64,000 nucleotides of DNA. It comes from Takakia lepidozioides. Lineage: Eukaryota > Plantae > Bryophyta. A model generated the notes under the pieces. It searched no databases. It worked only from the letters and a program-made list of their open reading frames with translations, and was not told the origin of the DNA. Positions within the stretch are counted from its first letter, which is position 1. The number at the start of each line of letters is the position of its first letter. The stretch covers positions 18,290,001-18,354,000 of the forward strand of contig CM060733.1 in assembly GCA_030704615.1 (NCBI GenBank), written 5' to 3'. Shown here one piece after another: positions 50,077-61,900 of the stretch. Made by a program: the position numbers and the translations under genes.

Positions 50077-53000
50077 TGTCGCGGCCCTTTGCCTTGAGGG
50101 CAGGGGGTCGGGACCCATGAGGGGCTGCCCCTATGGTGGGGGCAGCGGCAGCGATAGGTATGGGGGGCTGAAGCACCCTTGAGTGCCCAAGGCACTCAAG
50201 GAGGCGGAGGCGCTCACTAGGTGGAGCCCCGCACACCGGGTTGCGGTGGGGGTGGCTCCACAAGGGATGGTGGTAGCTTAGCGGGACTTAGTGGGGGTGG
50301 CATAGGACTCACCATGGGGGCGGAGACCTCGTGGTGGGAGTCGTGGGGAGTCTTGGGACTCATCACGGTCCATAGGGGCCGTGGTGAGTGGGCCAAGACT
50401 CACCGCGACTCATCACCGGGAGTCGAGGGTTTTCGTGGTGGTTCGCCATAAAATGGCATGGCTGGTTGTGAAACCCCCGCGGACAGCTACAGAAGTATAT
50501 ACAGGGAGTAGTAACCTCGAGAACGGTGCAAGCCCGTTGGTGACCAAAAACTAGTGAGTAAGCGAGGGAGCCGGAAAGCGACCAAAGAGTGGGGAGCTGT
50601 TCCGGACTGCCAACTACCAAAGGGAATTCCCGCTGGTTCCAAATCGGTGGAGGGTTCTTTGGGAGTTCAAAGGGGGACCGTTATGCCCCGGTGAGCAGCC
50701 GAAGCTCCAAGTTGGTTCGGCGGCCAGGTTGGGAGTTAGGCGCGCGCATCAAGCTAGCAACTATGACCTGAAGGGGAGCTTACCGAAGTGAGGTGCGCGA
50801 CACTTGGTATCAGAGCCTAGAGTTCAGTACGTGATCGTCCTTGGGATTGGCCTCATCATGGGGTCAGGCAAGCCAAAGCGAAAGCGGAACGGCCCAAAAG
50901 ATGATGATCCTGGTGAGCCCGATGGGGGCGACGTGTCAACGAGGCGGCCGTTTGAGGAAGCGATGCATGTCTCCGAAAATGAGGCCGCTCAAGAGCGGGA
51001 GGAATCGGAGGAGTCGGAGCCCAAGGAATCCCTGAGAGCTCCGACCGACCAACAGATGCCTCCCATGCCGGCAGCCTTTTGGGAAGGGTTGTTGGCGCAA
51101 TTTGGCAGGACGTTGAAAGACGTGTTGAAGGCGGCTAATGCCACTTCCACTAAGGCAAAATTTAAGGTGAAGCCTAAGGAACCCGGCACCTTCGAGGGCG
51201 TCCGAAATCGGAAGGCACTCAACACCTGGCTCCTGGAGCTAGAGCAGTACTTCCGGGCGGCCAAGTTGAGTGACGAGGACCGGGTGGAAGTGGCTCCCAC
51301 CTATTTGAGGGGCTATGCTCAACAATGGTGGCAGAAACGCCTTCACGACCGAGGTCCAAGCCCAGAAACCTTGAATTGGAGTGGGTTCAAGGAATTGATG
51401 AAAAGGCAGTTTGTGCCCCTCAACGCGTCCTGGCTTGCCCGGGACAAGATGAGGAATTTGAAGCAAACAGATGACATTCGGGGATATGTCCATGCTTTCA
51501 ATGTGTTGTTGCTCGAAGTCGCGGACATGGCAGAACCAGAAATGGTCTTCAACTTTGTGGCGGGACTGGCCCCATGGGCTAGGCGGAAGTTGGAGGAGAA
51601 GCCACCTAAGACTTTGAACGAGGCAATTGAGAGGGCTGAATGTTTCTTGGATGTCCCTAGGGGTGAAAGACAAGGCCGTACGGAGCTGAACCACAAGAAG
51701 ACCCGGCGGGAAGGTGACGCCTTCCGACCGGAAAAGAAGTGGGATAGGCCACGCGGCGACAATGGCACGTGGAAATCGAAGGGAGGGCCTTCACAAGTCA
51801 AGGCGGCACCCGGTGCTTCAAAAGGAAAAGCGGGTGGAGCGGCCTATGGCGGACAGAAGGCGACCTTTGATGGATTGTGTTTCAATTGCGGGGAGCCCAG
51901 GCAAATGGCCAAGAAGTGCACGAAGCCCCGGCAATTGAACATGACTCGGGCGACCACAGAGCTGTCGGAAGATACCATCAGTCGCTTGGTGGAAGCGGTG
52001 GTCGCCAGGACTTGCAAGGTAGGCAAATTTTCTTGTGAAATGTATCAGGAAACTGGCGCCTTACGTAAAGGGAGTCAGTTATTGTTCGTGGATGGGATAA
52101 TATCCGGAACTAACGTGTCATTGTTGGTGGACACAGGAGCGTCGCACTCCTTCATGACACCGGCAACGGCACAAAAACTGGGACTCCCGACAAGTGACGT
52201 GGGGGCCTCTATTGAGGTGCGTTCTGCCAAAGGAGAACCGCAATTGGCGACGAGGTTGGCGTTCGATGTCCCTCTTCAACTGGGGAAATGGGAAGGACGT
52301 GAGAACTTCACCATTTGCGAGATCGATGGAGTGGATCTCATTTTGGGGATGACCTTTTTGAGCAAATCCGGAGCGGTCATAGATGACCGCAAAAGAGTAG
52401 TCACACTACCATGTGGGGATGGTGGCAAAGTCTTACGAGTATTAGAAACGCCCAAACCCGTGGGAGGACGAATAAACCTTCTGTCAGCAAGGGAGTGGGT
52501 CGTGGAAGAGGCACATGAGCCCCAGTTTTTGCTTTACATTAGAGAAGTGAAGGGAGAAGGCGATGGGGAGCCGAGCCCAGATTGGATCAAGGGGATTTTG
52601 GAGAGATACCAGGATGTGATGCCGGAGGATTTACCAAGCGGCTTGCCACCGCGAAGAGGAGTTGACCACAAGATTGAGGTGATACCGGGATCGGAACCAC
52701 CTGCCAAGGCGCCCTACCGGTTGAGCCACAGAGAGTTGGTCGAGCTGAAGACTCAGCTCAAAGATCTAATGTCAAAGGGGTACATCTGGCCGAGTAAGTC
52801 ACCTTACGGAGCCCCGGTGCTATTCGCAGACAAGAAAGATGGGACGCTGCGGATGTGTGTCGATTACAGGGCTTTGAATAAGGTGACTATCAAAAACCGG
52901 TATCCTTTGTCAAGGATCGACGACCTTTTCGATCGGTTGGCAGGAGCAAAGTATTTCAGCCGGATTGATCTGCGCTCCGGCTATCATCAAATTCGAGTGG

Positions 53001-56000
53001 CGGAAGGAGATGAGGAGAAGACCGCGTGCATGACAAGGTATGGTTCATATGAGTTCTTGGTGATGCCTTTTGGGCTCACCAATGCACCCGCGACATTTAG
53101 CACGCTGATGAACAGCCTTTTCCAGGAGTGGTTGGATGACTTTGTGATCGTGTACATCGACGACATCTTGGTGTATTCAAAAACAAAGGAGGAGCACCTG
53201 AAGCACCTCAAAAGGGTGTTCCAGAAATTGTGGGAAGAGAAGCTGTATGCCAAAGCTTCAAAGTGCGAATTCGGGGTCACAAAAGTGGAGTTCCTGGGGC
53301 ATGTGATTACACAGGATGGGATCAAAATGGATGACAGAAAGGTGAGGGCGATCTTGGACTGGGAGCCTCCGACTTCGGTCCCGGGAGTGCGATCCTTCCT
53401 AGGACTCGCCTCCTATTACCGGAAGTATGTGAGAAATTTCGCCAAGATCGCGGGGCCGTTGTCAGACCTTCTGCGTAAATCCAAAGTTTGGATATGGAAC
53501 ACCTTGTGTGGCCAAGCTTTTGCTGAATTGAAGCAGCGGATGGCGGAAGCTCCAGTCTAAAATCCCGGAGTTCGATCGGCCGTTCGAGATTCATACAGAT
53601 GCGTCGGACTTTGCGATTGGGGGTGTACTGATGCAAGATGGACGTCCAGTGGCTTACGAAAGTAAGAAACTGAACGAAGTGGAGCGACGGTGGCCGACGC
53701 ACGAGAAAGAGATGAAGGCGGTGGTGCACTGTCTTGAGCTTTGGCGCCACTATGTTGGTTCCAACCCAGTGAAGGTGTTCACGGACAATGTTACGGTGAA
53801 GTATTTTGCCACGCAGCCCAAGTTGTCCCCAAAACAACTTAGGTGGCAAGATACTTTGGCGGTGTTTGACGTGGATATCCAATACAAACCGGGACGTGAC
53901 AATGTGGTGGCCGATGTTTTAAGTAGAAAGCAGCAGCTCCTGTTGGTGTACAGGGGCGAGACGGCGTTCCAAAGGAAGATCCGGAAGGCTTGCCAGAAGG
54001 ATGAGCTGGCGAAGTCCGTGATGCAGGACTTGAGGAGGGGGGTTAAATCGCAATTCCACTTGCAAAATGGACTGCTCCGGTACAAGCAAAAGCGTCTCTA
54101 CGTGCCGAAGGGAGGGATCAGAGATAGTCTCTTGAGAGAATGTCATGATAGCGCGCTTGCGGGCCACGGCGGAGCTAAGCGCACTGCGGCACTCTTGAAG
54201 AAAGAGTATTTCTGGCCCAAACTGAGGGAGGAGGCAGAGGAGTATGTCAAGACATGCACCACATGCCAACAAAACCGGAGCGAGTACAAAAAGCAAGCGG
54301 GGCTGTTACAACCCTTGCCGATTCCAGAGGGGACTTGGGAAAGCGTCTCGATGGATTTCATGACTGTTATGCCGCTGTCAAAAGGATTCGATGCAATCAT
54401 GGTGGTGGTGGATAGGTTCAGTAAAATGGGCCATTTCATCCCCACCAAGGAGACGGCAACGGCGCAAGAGACAGGGCAACTTTACTTCGCCCACGTCTTA
54501 AAACATCATGGAGTCCCGAAGGATATTGTCTCGGACCGCGATCCAAAGTTTACGAGTAAATTTTGGAGGACACTTTGGAAGAAGATGGGGACGAGGTTGA
54601 AGATGAGCACCGCCTTCCGACCTACGACCGACGGCCAAACGGAAAGAGTGAATTCCGTAGTGAAGCAGATCTTGCGGAATTACGTGTCGGCAGACCAATC
54701 AGACTGGGTGGAACACTTAGACGCGGTAGAGTTCTGTTATAATAACACAGAACACTCCACAACGGGAGTTTCCCCTTTCGTATTGGTCTATGGAAAAGCA
54801 CCTCTGGTGCCAACAAGTTGGGCCGCCCAGGACGTTGAGGAACCGGCAGTAGCGGCGGTACTGGAAGAACGCGAGCGTTTGTTGAAGCTCGCAAAATACA
54901 ACATTGCCAAAGCGAGGAAACGGTATGAAAGGCAGGCGAATCGGAAGCGGAGGGAAGTTAAGTTTGAGACAGGCACGGAGGTCTCGTTGAACATCAAGAA
55001 TTTCCGACTACCTCCGGAAGTGAGTCCAAAATTTGTACCTCCGTATGCGGGACCCTTTCGCATCCGGAAGGTTATGAATGAGGATGTGTATGAATTGGAG
55101 CTGCCGGCAAACAGCAAGGTGCATCCAGTATTTCACGTCTCCCTTTTGAAGCCTTACTTCAAAGATGAAGCGCGTCCGAATCGGCATCAAGTGTTGCGTC
55201 CGCCACCTGTGTTGTTGGATCATGAAAATGAACCTGAGTACGAGGTGGAGGCAGTACTTAAGTCGAGGAGGTTCAAGAACCAAGAAACGGAGTATCTCGT
55301 CAAATGGAAAGGCTATCATCATGTGGAGGCATCTTGGGTGCGTGCCTCAGAAATGGGAAACGCATCCGAGGCGGTTGCAGTTTTCGAAGGGCGACCTCAA
55401 AAGCGGAAGAAGCGTTGATGGGGACATCAACCTTGGAGCGTGGGGGAGGAAATGCATGCTTAGCCCGGCTTAGCTAGCTCAGGAATCCGATTGCAAAAAC
55501 TTGTATTGTACAAAAAATTGTTATAAAGGAAATGGGTTCCAAATGTTGTGTGTCCTATTTTGTTTGGAATGGTGATGCATGGTGTGGTTGGCTAGTGTGT
55601 AGAATGCATGCTAGCTTACAAAAGTGGGAGAGGTAAATTGGGTTAGTCGTGTGTTTGCGCAGTGCCGAAATCGGGTGACTCCCATCCAAAGGGCAAGGAA
55701 ACATGCGCCTTCTTTGGGTGCTAGTGCGCACCTGGCGCGTGCGCGTACTATAACTGCGCTACCGAGGTGGTTGCCTTGTAGTGCGGGCTAACGCGGAAGC
55801 TATGTGCTTCCGTTCACGTACTATAATCGTGTAGCCTCGGGACGAAGTCGTAGTGCGACTTCGACGTGTTCCCGTACCTCAGGCCAACATTCCAAGACGG
55901 ACCCAATTGTAGTGATTGGGGCGCACGGTTGGTTCAAGGTTATCTTCCTAGTCAAAGGGGGTTCGAGGTGAACCCTTGCGCAAAGTGATGCCAAAAGCGG

Positions 56001-57042
56001 CATCAGGAGCGATCGCAAGCAATGTTGTTGCAGTAAGGCGATTCGATCCTCGGGGAGGATCGTTCCTTGACCTTGAAGAAGGCCAAGAAGAGTGCACTGG
56101 GAAGAGCTTGAGAGGCTCCACCCCTAGCCGGGACTTGGAGGAAGTCGGCCAAACTAGCTAGTGGAGAGTAGAGTCAAGTGTGGGGTTTGGTTCTTTGCCA
56201 TGGGACGCCAAGGTACAGAAACAAACTCCTTGATGTGGGACGCCACAACTTGGATGTTCATTTCTATAAAATGGACAAGTCGATGAGGACATCGACTCCC
56301 TGTTGGTAGGGGTGTGTGTCGCGGCCCTTTGCCTTGAGGGTAGGGGGTCAGGACACATGAGGGGCTGCCCTTGTGGTGGGGGCAGCGGCAGCGATAGGTA
56401 TGGGGGGCTGAAGCACCCTTGAGTGCCCAAGGCACTCAAGGAGGCGGAGGCGCTCACTAGGTGGAGCCCCGCACACCGGGTTGCGGTGGGGGTGGCTCCA
56501 CAAGGGATGGTGGTAGCTTAGCGGGACTTAGTGGGGGTGGCATAGGACTCACCATGGGGGCGGAGACCTCGTGGTGGGAGTCGTGGGGAGTCTTGGGACT
56601 CATCACTGTCCATAGGGGCCGTGGTGAGTGGGCCAAGACTCACCGCGACTCATCACCGGGAGTCGAGGGTTTTCGTGGTGGTTCGCCATAAAATGGCATG
56701 GCTGGTCGTGAAACCCCCGCGGACAGCTACAGACGTATATATAGGGAGTAGTAACCCCGAGAACGGTGCAAGCCCGTTGGTGACCAAAAACTAATGAGTA
56801 AGCGAGCGAGCCGGAAAGCGACCAAAGAGTGGGGAGCTGTTCCGGACTGCCAACTACCAAAGGGAATTCCCGCTGGTTCCAAATCGGTGGAGGGTTCTTT
56901 GGGAGTTCAAAGGGGGACCGTTATGCCCCAGTGAGCAGCCGAAGCTCCAAGTTGGTCCGGCGGCCAGGTTGGGAGTTAGGCGCGCGCATCAAGCTAGCAA
57001 CTATGACCTGAAGGGGAGCTTACCGAAGTGAGGTGCGCGACA
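50077..57042 (+). mobile_element. Full-length chromovirus copy C (Galadriel-like)
   Basis: 726-bp LTRs at 50077-50802 and 56317-57042 (about 14 substitutions by eye); PBS at 50805-50816; no 5-bp TSD. Confidence 0.97.
50858..55418 (+). pseudogene. gag-pol of copy C (single frameshift near 53557)
   Basis: ORFs 50804-53560 and 53631-55418 cover gag, PR, RT, RH, INT and chromodomain. Confidence 0.95.
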
Positions 57043-57707
57043 ATGATAATAATGAACACAAGGGAAACACTCCACTCATGAATCCACTCAATCACATAAA
57101 CTAAGTCAAGCCAAGGGCACCCTTGCTAAGGGAATCCACCCTACAAAGCCCTCAACACACTCCCTCTCAATACCTAGAGCTATGGAGGTGAGAGAGGCTC
57201 ATGGAGGCTCAACTACAAGAAGATGAGCCCTCTTCAACACTCACAAGGGGAAAACCCATCCCCATGTCCCAAATGAGGTTTGACATCTCACTTGGCATAT
57301 GAGACCAATCCTAGTTAACTAGAAGTAGTTAATTCTAGTTAACCATGACTAAAACCATGACAGCTGTCGTGCACCTAAGCATCGTGCCACAACATACATC
57401 GTTGTCCACCATACATTCTAAGCACACAATCCTAGAAAGCTATGCCACAATCGCCCCCCTAGCTGGTGATTAGGACCCTCTAACACCGGATAGCTGACAA
57501 GTATCCATCTCAATAAGATCATCGCTTGGTCTTCAATTGCACATGTCCCAAATTTTTTAAGTATATGGATCAAGAGCCCAGGTGCAACGAGAGCCCCATC
57601 GTTAATCGCCTATTTGCAATCCATGATCTTCAATTGAGTATCCATGGCATTGAGCTCCTACCAACTAGACCTTGGATCGCTTGGCAACTCCACCATTGTC
57701 ATGCCCA

Positions 57708-58990
57708 CTACCTATGTCCAAGGCATTGTGGACACAACCATTTTCCACTAGGAACCTCTTCAAGTGGCGGTGTCAAGCATCCCATGTGCCACCCCCTTGA
57801 GCATTTGTCACACACCAACATGGTTGCGGCACCACCAGCATGCCCACATAGCATGCAACACAACCCTATAAGTACCACTGCAAGGTTGGGATCTATCCTC
57901 CCAACCACATGTGGAAGATGATATGGTGCACAATTGCGCACATGGTCCTTCCATACCATGCCATCTCGACCCTCCAAAATCAACACTCTTGAAGGCAACA
58001 CCTCCCGGACCCTTAGAATCACACGTCCTACTGTAACATCCAAAGTCGTAGGTGTGTTGTCTACTGCATATATACATAGTCCCCAGGGTGGAAACGCCAA
58101 ACACCTGGCTGATACCCCCCTCCACGTATAGTGGCATACCTCAATGTGTCTCGGTGTTGGGCAATAGCAAGGTTCTCAAAAGCCATAGGCATGACTCTCT
58201 TGAACAACTCAGCCCGCTGGGCACATGCTTGTGTCCACACATCCAGATCATCAAGATTGAGGACTACTGCAGTCTCCCTGCGAATAGATGCAGGCAAATC
58301 TGGCTCTCGGCCAAAGATAAGGAAATAAGGTGAGAACGAGGCAAGTGATGCTTGTTTGCTAAACCTGTAGCCCATGACCAACCAATGTAGCTGAAGGTCC
58401 CAATCTCCTAAGTGTCCCTTCTGCAAGCCATACTTGCGCAAGCCTCGCTTGACTGTTTGTACAACCCTCTCTGCCAGGCCATCAGCCTCGGGATGATCCC
58501 GAGAAGTAGTGCAGTGATCTATCAAGGCTTGCTCACACAAAGCCTGCAACTCCCCCAAGAATTCTCTCCCCTGGTCCGTGAGTACCTCGGCTGGAGCACC
58601 AAATTGACTAAGTACTCGATCTAAGAATGCATACGCAGCCCCCTCACTTGTCTTGTCAGACAATGCCACCAGTTCAATCCACTTGGAGAAATGTTCCACC
58701 ATCACCAGCACATACTTGTTATGGCGAATCGTTAGTGGCAATGGGCCTGCGAAGTCAAGACTCCAACGATAACCCAAACCCATAATGGGTAAAGGATGTA
58801 ATTGTGGAGTACGCGCATTGAAAAAAAACCCCCACTCTATCACACACCATGCACATTGCCACTAACTGTTACACATCCGTGTGCACGCCCCGCCACCAGT
58901 ACCGTCCTTGCAGCAAATTATGAGTGCGCCGCACCCCAAAATGTCTCAACTCCTCATAGGCATGGCGTACCAATCGCGCTCGTTGTCTTG
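57708..58990 (-). pseudogene. Integrase plus PHD finger of the minus-strand split-repeat copy
   Basis: SLDFAGP, LTDQGREF, GLAER; CMLCG...LVCDKCSRGWHMGCLTPPLEEVPSGKWLCPQC. Confidence 0.92.
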
Positions 58991-58992
58991 GC

Positions 58993-61900
58993 TGTCAAGT
59001 TATTTTACCACTAGTGTGAAGTTAGCTAAGAAATAGCTAGCTTTTATATATTGACATTTGGGATTGACCCAAGTGTCAATCCAGGGGCCAATACATGTTT
59101 GGGCACCTGGCGTTGTTATCTTCACGGCAGATCGCGGTGGGCTCATCTTTCTCGAGTTGAGCCTCACCGCGTCTAGCTATGGCGCCGTAGTGTGGATTCC
59201 CCATGGCGTGGGGTGCACTTGGCTCGACTTAATATATGAGTGATGTTTTCATGTGCAAGTGTGTCAGTTTGAGAGAGCTTGTATGCTTGTATCATTCCTT
59301 TCCTTATCACTCGAGAAAGATCTGCTCGAGTCTGTGAGTGCCAGGTTCGAGTTAGTTGTAGCACTTGTGTTTTCAGATCATGAGAAGCGGTTCAGCCTAG
59401 AGTGCAGGGAGCATGAGCCTATCCAAAGCGGATAGAGTGCAAAGGCGAACAGGTTGTAGGTTTGCCATGGATAGAGAGGCGGGTAGCCTATGTTGAAGAG
59501 CGGCGTTGCATAGCTCAACGCTATGGCAACCAAGTTTGGGCTTCTAATGTGAAGCGGAGGAGATGTTGGCCACGAGTGGGCGAACTGGTGGTCGTCTTCT
59601 TCAGCTGCAGGCCGAGTTAAGGAGCTGCAGAAATGTGGGCTGCGCATGGGAAACTAGCGTGTTGCAGGTTGGAGATGATATGATCAGCTCCAGGTATTTC
59701 TGCCCAAAACTAGTTGTTGCGGGTAGATGAGGAGCAGCCGAATGGTGGAGCTGCGAGGGGATGCATCACAGCCCGTTGGGAGCTTTAGCTCCAAGCTCAT
59801 GAAGAGGTATGAGTGAAGAGAGGAGGCTGGTCCCTCTTGTGTGCAAATCAGTGCACTTGTGAAGCATGTGCTGAGTTGGAGTTTCAATCTGAAACTCAGC
59901 AGTGTAAGGGCTCTTGGAGTGGCAAGAGCGGGGCTGGAAGGGCAGCAACAAGGTGCCCTAGAGCCAGGGGATATGCATGAGAAGTACAGGTGCACCAAGT
60001 TTGTAAAGGTGTGTATTTTCAGATTTGTTTTTGTGAGCTTCATGAATAAAGGGAGCTTGTTGGGTAGCATATAGCTTGCTTGTTGAGTTGGGGGCACTTC
60101 TAGTGGGCCGTGAGAGCTCAGGAGTGCAGGGCAACGGGGCTGATGGCTCCGCAGAAGCCATAGCTCGTCGGCAGCAGGTGCTGGAGCAAACCCCAGCTCG
60201 GGAAGAATTTGGGAACACGTGGGAACGCCCGGGAACGCCCCGGGAACTCATGGGAACTCGTTGGGAGTTCCAGTGAACGCAGGGAATAGTGGCCGTGATG
60301 GGCCGTTGGGGTGGTATCACGAGATACCATGAGCCCAGGTCGTGATGGTTGACCGTGACCGTTGACCGTGACCGTTGGAAGTCGTGGTGCGGACACAACG
60401 GGTGGGCACGGTGACCAGATCATGGGGATGGCGGGCCGTGAAGGCTCGTGGGAGTGGTACCACGGGGTATCACTGGGCAGTCCGTGGCCAACGAGTGCCT
60501 AGGGCGGGCCGTGAAGAGTAGTGGCGGTTGGAGCCACGGAAGGCCGCGAACAGAGTGAAAAAAAAAAAAAAAAAAAAAAAAAAAACTTTTTCACTCGTTT
60601 CGTGGGACCTTGATGGGGAGGCTGGGCTCTGAAGAACAACGGTTTTGAGCTAGCTGATCTGACAGAAAAGTTAGAATTGCCTCCCTGTTGCGTTTGAACA
60701 AAGGGGATTACTCCCCTGCAGGTAATCTTTTTTGGTTTTCAGCCAAGTTCTTAACTATGGGGAAGACCAACCTGCAGGTAATTCCTTTGGACAGAATGTT
60801 GTTGGGGGCCTATATGTACCTCTATTTGCTCTATTTTTGAACCTTCAGTGAACGGCGTGGTTTCCTGAGGTGGTTCCATTCTGAGGAATGACTAATGGAC
60901 GTAAGGAGGCACTGGCAGACCCTGTGGAGGCTTGCATGGGGCCTTAGAGGCCAAGTTTCATGAGCTCGTGGAGGACGGTTTGAAGAGTGTCTACAGGATG
61001 CTCTCATGGTCATGCAAGTGAGAGAAGAGAGGAAAAAAGAGGGTATTGGGATGAGAGCGTGCTGAGGATAGGCATTGCTTTAGTTTCCCTTCCTCGTAGC
61101 TTTCCACCTTCTCTGTAGGCCGAGACCTTTCCGTAGGTGGAGGCAAGAGTCAGTCCGGGATTGGGCTGGGTTGCAGGAGCGACACTGTGGAGAGATTTTT
61201 GGTGTGGGGGAGTTGTTGTTTTCATTCTTGTGTTTGGATCCCCTCCACACCTGAATGCTTGATTGTGTGCCATGCTAGTTTTGTGTGGGCGCTTGATTTT
61301 ATAGGTGGTTGACTCGGGCTTGATCGCCGATCCAACCCTAGAGCATGTTGTCGATGGTGAGGCTGGGTTGATGACCAGTCAGACCATCTTTGTTTCTCAT
61401 GTGGTGAGGTTGGAGGTGATGACCAGCCAACCATGGGAGTGCCTGCGGTGGATGCAGGTGCAGGTGCAGGCTATGTTAGGAACCTAGTATTCCAAACCAT
61501 AAGCCGTATCAAGTTCTCTACCCGGATACCTTGTGGAGAGGGGGTTAGAGACATATTCATGACCGGTTGAGTGTCAGTTTGTCAACACGGAGGTGCCACT
61601 AGTTGCTGGGGAAAGTGCCGGTACGAGCACTAGCTATACTAGCGGGTATACGAGACGAGGTGTGCGGTTTAGGCCACCTTCATCTCCTGTGTCTTCTACG
61701 GAAGGTTCTGATTCGGATTGTGAATCAGGAGGACTCACACCGGCGGTGCAAGTTGTTTCCTTGCCATTGTTGTGGGACACGATGGAGGAGATGTATGGAG
61801 CCACCAAGGGGCCACGAAGGTACTCTGGGGCGGTGGGCACCATTGAGTTGGATGATTTTATCCAAGAGTTTGATAGTTGGTGTGACTTGCAACAAATGCG

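Larger units (their letters stand above)
49793..58992 (-). mobile_element. Second split-repeat PHD-Gypsy copy (3' part), interrupted by chromovirus C and by the element at 58993
   Basis: Integrase 58061-58990, PHD about 57708-57860, PPT 57450-57462, B1 57365-57449, GC, A2 57044-57362, B2 49793-49877. Confidence 0.9.
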
